A stretch of 64,000 nucleotides of DNA from Antedon mediterranea (Eukaryota; Animalia; Echinodermata): NCBI RefSeq assembly GCF_964355755.1, contig NC_092671.1, forward strand, positions 12,772,001 through 12,836,000, given 5' to 3'. The notes beneath the pieces were generated by a model. It did not search any database and was not told the origin of the DNA. It was given only the letters and a program-made list of their open reading frames with translations. Numbering within the stretch: the first letter of the stretch is position 1; every line of letters starts with the position of its first letter. This document shows, in pieces, positions 24,490 through 39,400 of the stretch. Made by a program: the position numbers and the translations under genes.

Positions 24490-27484
24490 ATGGCCTCTAG
24501 CAACAATGGTTTGCAAGCATATCAGGATAGTTCTGGATTTAAAAAATTTGAGGCGAGCAGGATCGAGAACGTTGACAGAAAGCGTCAACGTCTCACTGGA
24601 TCGTCGGTGGAACGAGTTGATAACTCTTGTTCAACACAGGATAAACGTACTCATGAGGTGACAAAACGTTTGCCTTCATCCTTAAACAAAGACATACAAT
24701 GGAAGGAAAGAAAATCAGACAAACAAAACAATCATGAATGTATACAAAATACCGAAAAACGGTGTAGACAATCATTTCGAAAAATGCCTGATGAAAATAA
24801 TGATGTGGATGTATATGCTTTAAACACGAATGGCACGCACGGATTTCATTTAATAGGCCAACGAGATTTAAATTCTCAAATACGTTCTGCTTCGTACAAA
24901 CCCACCAAGTTTTATTCAAGTATGGATTATGATATGTCTGTACCTTCTAAATACCTGAATGGAAAACAAGTTCCATCGAATGGAGAAATAGACATCGAAG
25001 TATGTGTAAAACCGACTACCAAGTATGTCGATCACACAACACATACACAATGTAGATTTACAAAGCGTCCGTACCGATCGGAACTCGTTGTTCAATTAGG
25101 GACCAAAAAGGGAACAGTATATCAATCAATCAATAAAAGCAATAGTGACGTCACTAAAGATTGTGATAGTGACATCACCGAACAGAAAACTTTAGGAATT
25201 ACGTGTCTAAGGGTTGAGCATGATATACATATTCCAGTTGATGTAGTCATTGCCAATGATTCAGACCAGAACATTGAAAACATAATACCGGTAGCTGATA
25301 GTGATTCATGTTATGTCAAACCCACGACCTGCCTTCCGAGGACAAATGGTTATATTAAGAATGTTATCCCGGTACATACTTCTCCAGGGTCTGATAATGT
25401 GCCAGCTAGAACTAAGTCACTGGCGACTACAGGCCAACCTGAATTATCCCAAAAACTAACAACGACTAAATCAATGAGTAACACAATAATAGACAGGCGG
25501 GGTATAGGGCTTATATCAAACGATACAGTAGTCAATTTTGACAGAACAAGTAGAGACAATCAGGATCCGATCTATTACATTAATGCTAGTTTAAAACACA
25601 ACAATCAGTACTTGCTCCATTGTGCCAAAGATAGTAGGCCTAGTGATACTTCATTCAGTGAGAATAATCCACTCGCTTGTTCAGACCTGTCAGATTTGGA
25701 TTCTGATGAATATAGTTATAAGAACTCCTTAGAAGAAATCCATAGTATACTAAAGGAAGCAACATTAATGGAAAATATACAGTTTAAAACGGAAGTTATA
25801 AATAACGGGATAAATAACTGTAGTAAAACCGATATGCAATCATCATTAACTAACTGTTCAGGAGTTGTAGCATGTGACACCATACCCGAAGATGACCAAT
25901 GTTCAACCGATAATAATCGTAGTAAAACTAATGATAACCAATGTTTAATTGATTATTTTCGAGTTTCAGGTGAGGAAAATCAATCCACAATCGGTAATGC
26001 ACTATTGTTAGAGAATAATCGTAGTAAAACGAAAGATGATGAACCTAGTTTAACTGATTATTCTCAAATTGAATTTGATAATAACCCTGCCATAAAAGAT
26101 GATGAGCAAAGTTCAACCATTAATGATGATGACCAATGTTCAACCGATAATAATCGTAGTAAAACTGATGATAACCAATGGTTAACCGATTATTTTCGAG
26201 TTTCAGGTGGGGAAAATCGATCCACAATCGGCAATGCACTATTGTTAGAGAATAATCGTAGTAAAACGAAGGATGATGAACCTAGTTTAACTGATTATTC
26301 TCAAATTGAATTTGATGATAACCCTACCATAAAAGATGATGAGCGAAGTTCAACCATTAATGATAATCGTTGTTTAACCAATAACGAATATAGTTTAACT
26401 GATTATTCGGGAGTTACAACATCTGATGATAACCGAAGTTTAACCGACGAGAAGTGCTATCCAACCAGGAGTGATCGTAGTTTAACTGATAAACCAGGTT
26501 TAACTGATCGTTCGCAAGTTACAACACCAGATGATAACCGAAGTTTAACCGACGATAAGTGCTATCCAACCAAGATTGATCGTAGTTTAACAGATAAACC
26601 AGGTTTAACTGATCATTCGCAAGTTACAACACTAGATTATCACCTAAGTTTAACCGACGAGGAGTCCTATCCAACCAAGTGTGATCGTAGTTTAACTGAT
26701 AAACCAGGTATAACTGATTATTCGAGAGTTGCAAATGATAATGAAATATGTTTAACCGGTAAGAATAACGAGAACATTTTCTCTGCGCATTCAGAAACGT
26801 CATCGGATGACAATCAAAGCTTAACCAATTATGAACTGTCGCGGGATGCAACTAGTGTAAGTGAATATGAAAAAGTAAGGGATCGAGAAGAGACTCAACA
26901 GTCGTCTGTTGCATTTTGCGCATATGAATCTGATCAAGACGAAGATCGGACATATGTATACAATTTGTCTGAAAATGGCTCTGACGTTACATCGCCAACC
27001 AACAAATTTCCGGGTGCTGATTATCACGTAACTAATTTTGTCAATTCAGATATAAAGCCTTCCAATATTAGTGTCGAGTTGTGTACAGATCATGATTACG
27101 TCATGAGTAAACCCGATAAAGGGGAAAAGTCGGCAGAAAATAATCAAATGTTTGCTGCGTGTAGGCATACAAAGAATGAAATGCCAAATTCACTACGTCA
27201 TTCAACAAGACAAACCGACACGAACAAAGTTTTACTGACTAAAGAGGTCGCACTTGGTAATTGTTGCACCCCTGGATCTGAAAACAATGACGAACTTTTA
27301 AATCAACTAAAAAGTTTTTCAAATAATAATCTTCCAAATGAATTGGACAATTCTGTACACTCTGAAACAGACAACATATGTACAAGAGGTTGTCCTATGA
27401 CGGCATTCTCGGTAGAATCAACGGAAAACGATTCTACGGATACTGAATCTGAAAGCTCACAGGAATACGAAGATACAACAGAAG
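24490..27484 (+). CDS. Obscurin-like candidate first coding exon (about 998 aa, disordered, internal tandem repeats)
   Basis: 1001-aa ORF with an in-frame stop just upstream of the ATG; strong donor AAG|gtaagg, phase 1, matching the acceptor at 30892. Confidence 0.7.
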
Positions 27485-30400
27485 GTAAGGTTTAACAAAT
27501 ATAGTATTTAAAAAGTAACAATGTTAATCTATATAATTAGGTATATTACAATTATTACTGGTGTAGTATACAGTGATACTATTGTACTGGCTTGCTTCTA
27601 TTGGCTGATATGTCATGCCACATGATATAGGTAAAGATAGGATGATAATGATGATTATTAAAATAACGATGATAACGATAATTATTTTATTAAGCTGAAA
27701 AAAAATAATTGCTAAAGGAAGATGATAATGATTGTTTATAATTGTAATGGTGATGATGATGATGATGATAATGATGATGCTGATGATGATGATAATGATG
27801 GTAACTATGAAAATAGTAATGATAATGATGGTAATGATGAGGACGGTAATGATGATGGTAATGATAATGATGATGATGGTAATGATAATGATGATGATGG
27901 TAATGATGATGATGATGGTGATGATAATAATGAATAATAATAGGCAAAGATCCTTATGGGAATGGATTAATGCCGAGGAGCTTAGATGATTATTAAATAT
28001 GTTAATGACAGGCGCTTTGAATAATTACTTTTTTCAATTTTAGCCGGACTGTAAATCGATATCGCTTTCTAAAAAAAATACATCCTTGATCGCGTTTAAC
28101 AGAATACAAAGTACAATAGTTCCCATGGCAACGGGAAACATCAAACTAATAAGCTTTTTTATACTCTAAGAAAATATAAACATTTAGTATTATATAATAT
28201 ATTTACAATATACCCTTAAACGAATCTATCTAGACCTATAATACACACTAAATTGTAAATCGTCTTACTGTGTAATCATATTATATTTTAATAACAATCC
28301 ATATAAGCATTAGAATAACAACGTTCTCTGTTTAATTTGTATATCTTATTTACGTCATTAACATTGCCACTGTACGATAAATTCGACCTATGTAAATTTA
28401 CATTGTGCTAAGTGGAGGAGGTTGTTATTTAAATTATCCAACACTACGGTATATAGAATGAAAAGTGCATGCCAGATAATAAGATAATATTAAGTGTACA
28501 CAACATCTATCAATGATCTCGATTAAAAAATATATAACTATACATGTACAGGAACTTAAATTACACTATTATGACAAAATAACGTATAATGACGAAATAA
28601 TAATTGTAATCTTCTCTTAAACAATACATATGGCTAGGACCTTGTTTATATACAAGAATACTGTAGGTGAATTAGGCTACATGAACCAATTTCTCGATGG
28701 TTTTACTAAATGTATGTAGAGTGTATTGAGTTCAAAACAGACAATGCTTGGGTCTCGTATGCAAACACAAAAAAACGTATATTATTGTACTGCAAACAAT
28801 CGGTATCTAGGCCTAATAGGTGACAGATTCATGTAGCCTAAATCAACATTTTGTCAACAATTGTAGTAATTCTATTATGTTCTATACAATTACTGTGTGG
28901 GTTTTTAAAAATGTTTCTGTAGGCCTCTAAATGTTTATTTACTTTTGTATTTTCTGGATGAAGGATTTCGTCCACTGGGTCAATATAGATTATGCATACA
29001 AACTCTATATAGCGTATTTATTTTCTTTTGGCAGAAGGCGGTTAAGTTTATTGATCGGCTATTGTGTGTATTTGTACGCCTCTATTATGATGATAGATTA
29101 AAGGAACTCAATACTAGCTTCATTAGAATTATTTGAAGACCTGTGTTTCCTTAACATCAATGTTAGACATAATATTAGGTCGCAATTAATATACTAAGAA
29201 GATGGATGCGATTCTTAATATTAGAGTGTAATGATGTGTTTTTGTGGACATAATCTTAAGGTAATAATGCGTGACTGTTTCTGATAGTTTAATCGTACAA
29301 AGACTGTACTAATGTTGCTATATGATAATGTTTGCAATAAACAGGACTACCCTAGGCCATGGCGTTTGTGCTTCAGTGGCCGCGTACTGACCAGTTTTGT
29401 GGTTCTGGTACTTTTATGCGACATCTTATATTGGCTTATCAGGGTACCCCTGGATAGGCTCACTCTATAGGCCTACTGACCGACATATTTTCCACAAGCC
29501 TACATTACTTTTGCTGTACGAAGCTCAATGATATGTAGTGCCTAGTATAATTATGGAGGTAATTTTACCTCCATTGTATAATAAAACGGAGAGCATATAC
29601 GATTTAAGATAATTTAACTCCTAAACATACACGTGGTGCATATTATGCATGACATCATAATGTCGTCTAGGCTTCTGTCATAAAGATTGTCTAATGCTAA
29701 AGTATAAGTAATGGCCAATTAGTTCAGGGCGCATCTGAGTCCAAAGCAAACAACAAACTATGATTTTTATCAAATATTGTAAGGGCGTAACTACAGGGTC
29801 ACTTTGAAAAATATTAGTGGACAACGATAATATACTGATCACAAAGAGGTCTACAAAAAGTATGTTGCCTTTTATATTTCGTTTACATACATTTCGTTTT
29901 AGGCAGGTATATGACTAAACATTTCTTTGTGTAAGTATTGTTGCTAGACTTAGTCCTTTAGGTTTAGGCCTAACTTTGATGGTAAGGCCTATCAGTTAGT
30001 ATTTAGTTTGTTCAGATACGTTTGTCCAGTAGAACAACACTGACGCAACGCCAAATGGGCCTCTACAAAAATTAGAATAAGGGTAAGGTAGCATAGTGAT
30101 TATTTATTGTTTGGCTAGTTTTTAGTTTTTTTATTTACAGATACAGAGGTCTGCGGGATTTCCCGGTACAATAAAGACTAAAACATATACTAATCGTAAA
30201 CAGAAAATCAATTGACCTCATGGTTGTCATTTTTTTGGAGTTTACAGTTACTTTTAGTATGAAATTTCAGTACACAATGCAAGAGTTAAAAACAATAAAA
30301 ATATTCACATCGCAGTATTCATAGATCTTTTATCGATCAACAGTTGTTTAACGCATTGTTGTAGAATGAAAAATATTGAGGCACTTTGATACAGCAGGCA

Positions 30401-33400
30401 ACACACGCTTTGATTCACATCTGGGCTTGCTTCCTGTCATCTGTACACGATAGTTTAGCATCCTGTTATTATATCACGTGACTTAAAAATTGATTCAAAA
30501 CGGTTGTGATTTATCTCAAAACATTCATTATATATCTAGATGATGTTCTAATAACACTCTGGTAATATTCTGGTTTTAGTCTGATAAAAACTACGTTTTA
30601 GTACAATTGCGTTTTGTTGTTTGTTCAGACATCCATCATTGAAGTTGAAGGAGGTGGTAGAGTAATTCAACATTTCTAGTATTTAATTTACTTCTTCTTT
30701 ATGTCTTTAATTGTTAGATTACTACGGTTATTATGTATCAACTACTAGCTAAAATCAAAATAAACATTTGCAACAGGATTTCGTTAATAATTTGTAAACA
30801 AATCGAAAGATTAACCACCTAAATTCGTATTAATGAAACATCATGAATTGAATATATTGAATACGAATAATTACTATCGTTGTTTTTTCAGCAGATATCA
30901 ATGATTCATCAGAATCAGAATACGAAACAGCATCGTCAAACTTCAACAAGTGCAGGTACGTATGATATTTTCTCAATAAACAATCGTTCATAAATATTTT
31001 ATAATAAATTCGATTTGTCAGATTCGCACGAATTAACACCTGTTAAAACTAGCTATCACAGTATTCAAACTATTACAATAGTCATAATAAATGCGCATTA
31101 GGCCAATTCAATTATTTTATCAACAAAGAGTAACACTCAGAGATTGAAATTGGCAAGCAATATACGAAGACATCTGAGTGAGCCTGGGAACAAAATTACA
31201 GGCTCTTACAAAAAAAAACTGTATGTGACATTACATCAACCTCTTTTTGTACACTATGTTGTATTGCTGTTATGTCATTAATATTAAATCAAATCACTCG
31301 AAAAACTGATTAGTTATGAGGACATAATTGGTCATGCATGAGAAAACACTGATTTTTGTAAACGAATCAATTAAAGACTCTCGACAAGATTATACGTATA
31401 CCGTTCAATATGGTCGTGCATGTAAAACACAACAAAAACAAAGTCTAGAAAAAAGGGACTTGGGAATTCATCTAGCCTGAACCTCATACACAGTCTATAC
31501 ATGCTAATGCATATAATTTAGTGTAGAATAACGACACTACTTTAACATGAACTTTGAAAATTGAGAACAGAATATTTGGGAGTTGTGTCTAGAGTCTCGG
31601 AGAAGCAAAGTTTCCGCAATTTCCACGTTATGATTTCAGGCACGTATGATTTTAATTGAGGGCCTCTTAATTCATGATTTTTTTTATCTAGGACTGCTTT
31701 TAATAACCATGAAAAAAGCAACATCATTCTTCTGATTTGTTGACCTCGTCGTGTAGTTTTCCAGATAAACTATAAACGTCAATGCAGTTTTGAATGGAAA
31801 CTTTAATATTAATAGCTAAATTATATACAATATCGTTATATTACCTACAATCATGCAGTAATGTCCATCTGTGTATAATAGCACTTGTTAGGTATTAGGC
31901 CTACTCTCGTAATTATTTAGAGTATGTTACAACCTGCAAGAAACGAACAATTAAAAGAAATACCATTTAAATTGTATAACAGAGGAACAAGTTTATCGTT
32001 AAACTATACAGTTTATAAATGCATACAAAAAATATATATAAAATGGCATGATGCATTTTAAATTAATTTAATCTATATACAGTGACGTGTCTGAGTATGA
32101 ATACGATGTAGATGAAGACCTCACGATGCCCCGTCCAGTTGTGACCATTGACGTGGAGATGGTCACACCACCAGAGTTCGCGTTTCGTCCGCAAAGCCGT
32201 GTCGTGGAACAAGGCAACACCGCTAAATTTATATGTGTACTAAAAGGTAACTACGATTTCATTTTATTTACATTATACAACTTATACTAAAAGTGTACGG
32301 TAACGATACTATACACTAGTATCATATTATAATATATTGAATTAAAATGTATGTGTCATAATACTATTCAAATATATCTGTTGACTCCATGGGTCTTTGT
32401 CGTTTCCTATCTTCAATTATGATATAAATATGTAATGATTTGTTGAGTGTGTTTACGATAACAACAACTGTCCTATATAATGCCAATAAGAGTATTAATA
32501 TTGTAATAAACACAATACGACCTAGGTCAAAAAATATCAAAGATGACGTGGGATGTTACGCAACAATTTGATATTGACATTACGCGCGCGAAGGACATTA
32601 GCCAATAGCAATGTACTTTCTGAAGGTATGACAGTTCGTCATTACAGTATGTCATTGTTATAATATTAAGGACTTTGTAGTATACGGTGCCTATTTCAAT
32701 ATAAAACAGATATTATATGAACGATTAATGTTAAATCACATGTTAAATGTATTCGTACTGATCATGACTTAGCTTAATTAGACAGCAAAATATCATAGTA
32801 ATCAATCTAAGAGGCTTGACGAAAGCACTTTCACATTTTTATTATAATTCTAAAGCCATGTCTATACAATCAAACTTTATGTGACAAAAATATGTGAAGT
32901 TCCCATATGTATGAACATGTTGATGTCATATCACTATCATATTTTGGTATATCATTACCATATATGGGCACATCGCACTTTCTAGAAAGGGCTTAAGACT
33001 CTCACATTAAAATAGATCAGTCAATTATAACATTTTGATTGTAGTGCGACATATTTAGTAAATGTTGGCAAGTATGGAAATGACAAAAATAAATATAATA
33101 AAAATAGTCCTAGGTGTATACTGACTCATTCTACGCTAAAATGATTAGAAATTTAGGCGTCAGACATTGACTTAACAGCAGAGTATTTGAACATGTATCT
33201 GAAGTTACTTTAAGTAGGTACAGGGATACAACTAGGACTATTACTTTTTATTAAAGAATCGATTTCTTTACAATTATTATTATACCTATCTCGTGTACAT
33301 CGGCACATTAGTAGTAGCTAGATAATTACAAACTGTAATTCTGCATGCATTATTATTATCTTCAATTTTAATCAATTAAAATCTCTATTTCAGGTTGTCC

Positions 33401-36400
33401 AAAACCAGAAGTTACTTGGTTCAAAAATGGAATTATACTTCGAAGTTCAAAGAAGTACAGGAGTTATGAAGGAATCGAAAATATGTTTGTGCTCGAAGTA
33501 ACCGACGTTGACCCATCGGATACTGGAGAGTACGTCTGCACAGCGTCGAACGCTGAAGGCCGGATCTATGCATCTGCCGAGCTCACGATTGAAGGTAATA
33601 AAGGGAAAAACAGGTGAAATTAACATCGATTCTGCATTTACAATTCAATAGATATTTAGATATGTATTTTCCTTAGCATTTATTTATGTGTTGAAGCATT
33701 AAATCTGCAACATGTCAATCAAGTTAAATATATAAAACCTTAAAAATTATATGAATGATTTGGATAGGATGCGGGTATATTTTGTATGTCTTTTCGTTTC
33801 CTTGCAAAAGTTAATGGGTTAAATACTACTACGTCGTTTGCTTGCGGTAACCCATAGGGGAAGTTTGGTCTACCCGATCAATCTTACGTCACTAAAAATA
33901 ATAATGAATGTGCAGACTGTTTTTAATTACTGTAGAAAGAATAATATATATTGAGAATATTATTATAATTATTACACTTTTATATAGGGAATTTGTTTGG
34001 TATCAAAGTATGATTGCTTTTGCTGAATTCAGTTACACAGCTCATAGAAAGATTAAACAATGCACCGAAATCTTAGTACTGCGAGTTTACAAAAAAAAAG
34101 AGTAAAAAGTAAATTACAGATAAAAAATAAAAAATTACAATCAAATTAAATATTGATTTAAACACAATATCCGTATTTTTCACATGGTTCTACAAAGATG
34201 TATTGTTAGTTTAACCGATAGGAATTTCCATATTGTCTACATTTCCAAGTATTGTCTTATCGTCGTGTACTATCAATGTGGCTTTTGGGCTTTGATACAA
34301 ACTCGTGGTCGGTCTGCTTATATATGTTTGTTTTATGTGGATCTTCTTCAGACCCGCCATTACCAATCCCGCAGCAACAAGAGCCGTTTTTTATGGATCG
34401 TCTAGAAGATATTACAGTTTCTGTAGGCTCGGATGTACAGTTCAGTTGTCAAGTTGGGGGTAACCCGGCCCCACAGATATTATGGTTCCATAATGGTGTT
34501 GGACTTAAAAGACTCCAGCGGTTTACGTTTAGCCGGTCTGATACTGGTCAATGTACACTCAGTATGCCTGATGTTAGGCATGAGGATGAAGGAGAGGTAG
34601 CATGCATTGCTAGTAACATACTTGGAAGAGCAACTTGTTGTGCTTATTTAAACGTTAAAGGTACGTGTTTTCATTATATAAATATATTTAACAAATAGAG
34701 AAAATAAAAGTATGATTTCTTAGAAACAATATTGAAATAAAACTTTATACAATTAAGTAACTTAGTGCCCATAAAAACTTATGTCAAAACAAGTTTGTTC
34801 TTCTTTCATTCTCATAAAATCGTTGCTATGATAAATAATGTTTGTTTTATTGTAATTACAGCATTATTAATGTTCTTGTTTATCATTGTTTCGTATCGTA
34901 GATTCACTTGACAATATACAGGAAATAAGAGCGATATAATAAATGACACAAAATAGTTCAAACCTCTCCTTGCAAAATAAGGGCTGCAGCATTGTCACGT
35001 CTATGGAATAGACGTTTATACAAGTTACAATGTTTAACATTAGACTTTTACATATTTCAGATTCTCCCAAGTCCAGAAATGGGGATCAAATCGATAAAAA
35101 GTAAGTGAAAGTTTATGCACACTACAAAGTATCCCCATAACAAAATTGGTACTGTCCACAATATATATTGCATTAATTTATAATTAAAATATGTTGAAGT
35201 AAGTAAGAACGACTTTTTAAACATATTTCTATTGCTATTTGTATGTACACTGCTTCCTAATTATATTCCAATGTCATAAATACAGTAAATCAGTGCACAA
35301 TAATTAATAACCTTCATATTGCCTTCTACTAACATTAGTTAAAATCAAACGTACAGAATTCGATGGTGATAGCACTTGAGGGTCATCTCCCGACATATAT
35401 ACTTATTAGAGTGGCAAACAACAACAGATCTGTTACTGGTAGAATAAACAATGCTTCTGTTTGTGTTTCAGCCCACTATTATGCAGTGTGTATACATTGA
35501 AGATTATATAATCTAAAACAGAAATACATTTGACCTTAAATTCATCCAAAGTAGTTGAAACAAACCGTTTAGGTTTTTCTTTTAACGCAGATTAAGTTAT
35601 TGTTCACCTGTTGTTTTTCATTATTCGACAAAAGAGAAAACACTTAAAAAAACATGGAATAATACACATACTTAAATACTTACCTACTAAAATTGCAAAT
35701 AAACTTCAAATCAACGTTTTTGACGTGCAACGTTTTGTGACATAGCTTTGATCTGCAATTATACAAATTTATTTAATATGAACAAAATGTCTTTAATACT
35801 AACTGCTGACTGGTTGTCAATAATTGCAGATGTTAAAAGTTTACAGTACAAGTTTCAATATAATTTATATATGTCTGATAATGAAATGTGCTTTTTGTTG
35901 ACAGTAGTAATTCTGTTGATCAGAATGTTATAGCATCTACCCACCATACACAACCAAATGTACAGAATATAGTTGCAATAGAAGGAACAACTACCAAATT
36001 CAAATGCTCTGTAATTGGTAAGTGTTTAAATTAATTATTTCACATTAAGTATGAGTAAAATTTATTAACGAACGTTTAGCAAATAATCATACCTATTGCC
36101 AGTAATAGAAAAAATATTAAATAAAATTCATAAAAATAATTCTTATAAATATGATATACACCTTAATACCACTGCATGTTGTTTTATAGTAGTGTTCACT
36201 GCACTGCACATACTATGTGATATATTATACTGCATGACGTTATTTATTGTTTTTATGTTAATTTCACAATAGGATATTTTTTACTAATTACTGTTTTATT
36301 ATTTTATCTCATTATTTTGTTTACATAACCTACGTAATCAACATCTGCATGCAAATCTACACTAACATCTAAATAAAATCTAATTATCTAATTAAAGAAC

Positions 36401-39400
36401 CTAAATATATTTTTACTGAATAGTACTGTTTTATCCAAATGAAATTTATTTTCATGAATACAATTTTAAAGTTATATTTCAAATTTACCAAAAAAAAGTT
36501 TTTTTATTATGAATGAAAAATTACTAAATGTATAATGTAGTTAAAAATAATGTTATTAAATATTGTTCCTGATGTCAGTTAGCTGAATGTCACATGAACT
36601 GTGGAACACATCAAATTAATAAAATCTACTTTACCTCAGACCATATAAACTACAATATCAGAAAGCTTTATATTATTACACACTTAACAAAACAAAAGTA
36701 GTAGTAGTATGTAAACTACTTTACTACCAAACTTTAATTTATTTCGACTGGTTAGAAGTCAAGTTGAATTGTTTCAAATATGTATTTAACATGTCTGACC
36801 TCAGTGGACATTGATATGACTAATTCAAAAATTAATTCAATTTTAAACTATACCTTTATTTTTAGCAAGCCATATCATTTTTAATAAAAAATTGTATCAA
36901 TAAATTTCACTTGTATCCTTTGCATGATTTATCTGTTTTAATATGCACCTTAGGCAATCCTAAACCTAGCGTCACATGGTACAAAGATGGTCTTGCCATA
37001 AACACATCCATGCATGCAGATGGCCACTATCGCATAGTAGAGGAGGGCTTTACACATTCACTGGAAATAACCAGAACAGAGGACTCTGATGCTGGTCATT
37101 ACTATTGTACTGTTAGTAACAGCACTGGTGCTATAATGTGCTCATGTTTTCTTTTAGTTAATGGTGTGTATTCTTTTAACATTTTCTTATCTTCACCTTT
37201 TAATAAATTTTACTCTGTATCTATTTCATAACAAGGTAACAGTTATGTTAACATTGCATGCCTAACTATTTATTAATGTTCACATAAATAAACTTTTTAC
37301 GTCACCTAGGAAAACTCTGGAGTGTACACTCCCGAGCACCCACCATACAAAACACAGGTGTTCACTCCAGAATTTTGCTACAAAATATGAAAGTTTAGAG
37401 TTGACTGTATCTATTTCTAATGATTATTACCTGCACAGTTGGTTTGTAGACTTGCATGTACAATCTTAAAGATAAAGCCATCCTTATTTCAGCTGTATTT
37501 AATCATCTGAGGTCTATATACAGTAAGATAAACATAGAATATGTCAAAACATGTTAACTTATGAAATATAAAAGCTAAAAATAAAAGAAAGCAGCAACAG
37601 AGACAGCTGTAGCACTGTTGATGTATTTATTACTTTACTCTAATATCACTATGATTCTGTAACTTCCCAATTTAAACGATTTAATTATAGCAATAATCTC
37701 AGATTAACTTATCATAGAAATGTCCATTCATATTTGAAATAAACTAATTGAAAGAAATGTATTAAATAAATTAGAAATTAATGTTGGGAGGAAATCAAAG
37801 AAATCTAATGAAATCTGTTGTTTTATTCAACAGGTTTCAACAAAATTAATCCAATAAATCAATCAATTCCAATCTTATTTGATTGAAAAAGAAAAACAAA
37901 TATTGCCCAACTTCCTCCTTCAGAAATACAAGCTTGCATTCTAACAGACTTATTTAAGATTTTATTAAGGGTAAATGAATAGCAGTGTAATAATGAAACC
38001 TCAGAAGACGTGTAATCAAATGCATAGTAAAGATAATATTCTCAGGGGATACACCTTAATAAGGGCTGGGTACAACTACTAGTAACAACATCACATTTGT
38101 GATTTACACTGTGAAAGACTATGTTGGACTACAGTAAATCTAAAGCTCTGCCTACACTATCAAACTAATTTGACAAAAAAAGTGTGATGTGCCCAAATAT
38201 GGTAGTGATATGCCCAAATATGGTAGTGATATGATCGTATCCATTACGGGCACATCACATTTTCATCACATACAGTTTGATAGTGTAGATTAAGCTTAAC
38301 ACTTGTACATCAATGATTTTGTGGTTAAGGCCTTCTTAGTTAAATATTGATAATTTCAAAAACTGTATACTGTAATATTTTTGCAATTTCAAATATCATA
38401 ATTCATTGGTGACAGAAATGTTTACGTTGTTCTGTTTAAACATATGGATATATTAAAAAATTTTTCAATATTGTTATTTGAGTTCAATGTTAAATATATT
38501 TTTAATAATGTGCTTTTTGTTTCATTTTTCAGATCGCAAGGAAAACAGTTTTATTGTAGATTCTGTAATTTCTCCAATGACAATTTCAACAAAAACTGAA
38601 AGTATTACTAGAACTATTCAAAGAGAATTACCTGTGGTGACCACAGTTGAATCAAAAATGACTCTTGATAATACAAACAAAATTACTGAAAACAATGATC
38701 TAGAATCGTCTGAAACAACACATGAGTCAACAGTTTTACTACTAAATTTACAAAGAGACGATAACATTAATAATGTGCATTCTGAGGTACTAGAAACAAC
38801 AAGTATTGAACATGATGGTGCTATTTCAAAAGAAATGAATGGACATGCTCAAAGTGAAGATTCAAGCCATATTAAACTTAGTGACAATATTACTCTGCAA
38901 TGCATATCTCCTGGAATGAATATCAATATAGAAGGAAACAGTTCTAAAAAAGAAACATGTGAGGAAACAATAAAAGACAATTTTGAATCGATAGATATTA
39001 AAGAAGTGAGTGATGAACCGTCCACTCATTCATTTTGTGTGGAAAAGAAATTTACCATGAATAATGAACCAATACAGAGAAAAATTGATATAAAATTTAC
39101 TCCAATAAAATTGGCAAGACATATGGAATTGGATCCCAAATCGCCAAGATCCTACGATCTTGATAATGGAAATGCTACAGATGATTCTTCTGATAGCACA
39201 GATCAACTTCTTCATTCCTTACAGTTGGCACAGAATTCAGTGGAGTTAGATTCAGACGATGATATAATGAATATCAGAAGTTATCAGTACTCAACTACCA
39301 GAACTTATAACCACCCACAAAACTCTGAAGATGACATGGAAAGAGCAAGTAGACTTTCTGAAAAAGTTGACTCTTGTATGGACATTGTAAATACTGTTCT

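Noticed and set aside
27690-27989. Poly-His, poly-Asp and poly-Met ORFs
   Set aside because: They are translations of an intronic (GAT/AAT/GGT)n microsatellite in different frames, with no convincing exon boundaries.
30141-30660. Extra micro-exons at about 30141-30148 and 30629-30656
   Set aside because: The 30629 exon has a stop in the phase supplied by 27484 and would need a weak-donor 8-nt exon to work; 27484 already joins 30892 in frame.
38184-38235. CRISPR-like look of the 21-nt GATATGCCCAAATATGGTAGT repeats
   Set aside because: Adjacent tandem subrepeats without spacers, inside a TIR-bounded MITE in a spliceosomal-intron genome; no cas genes.
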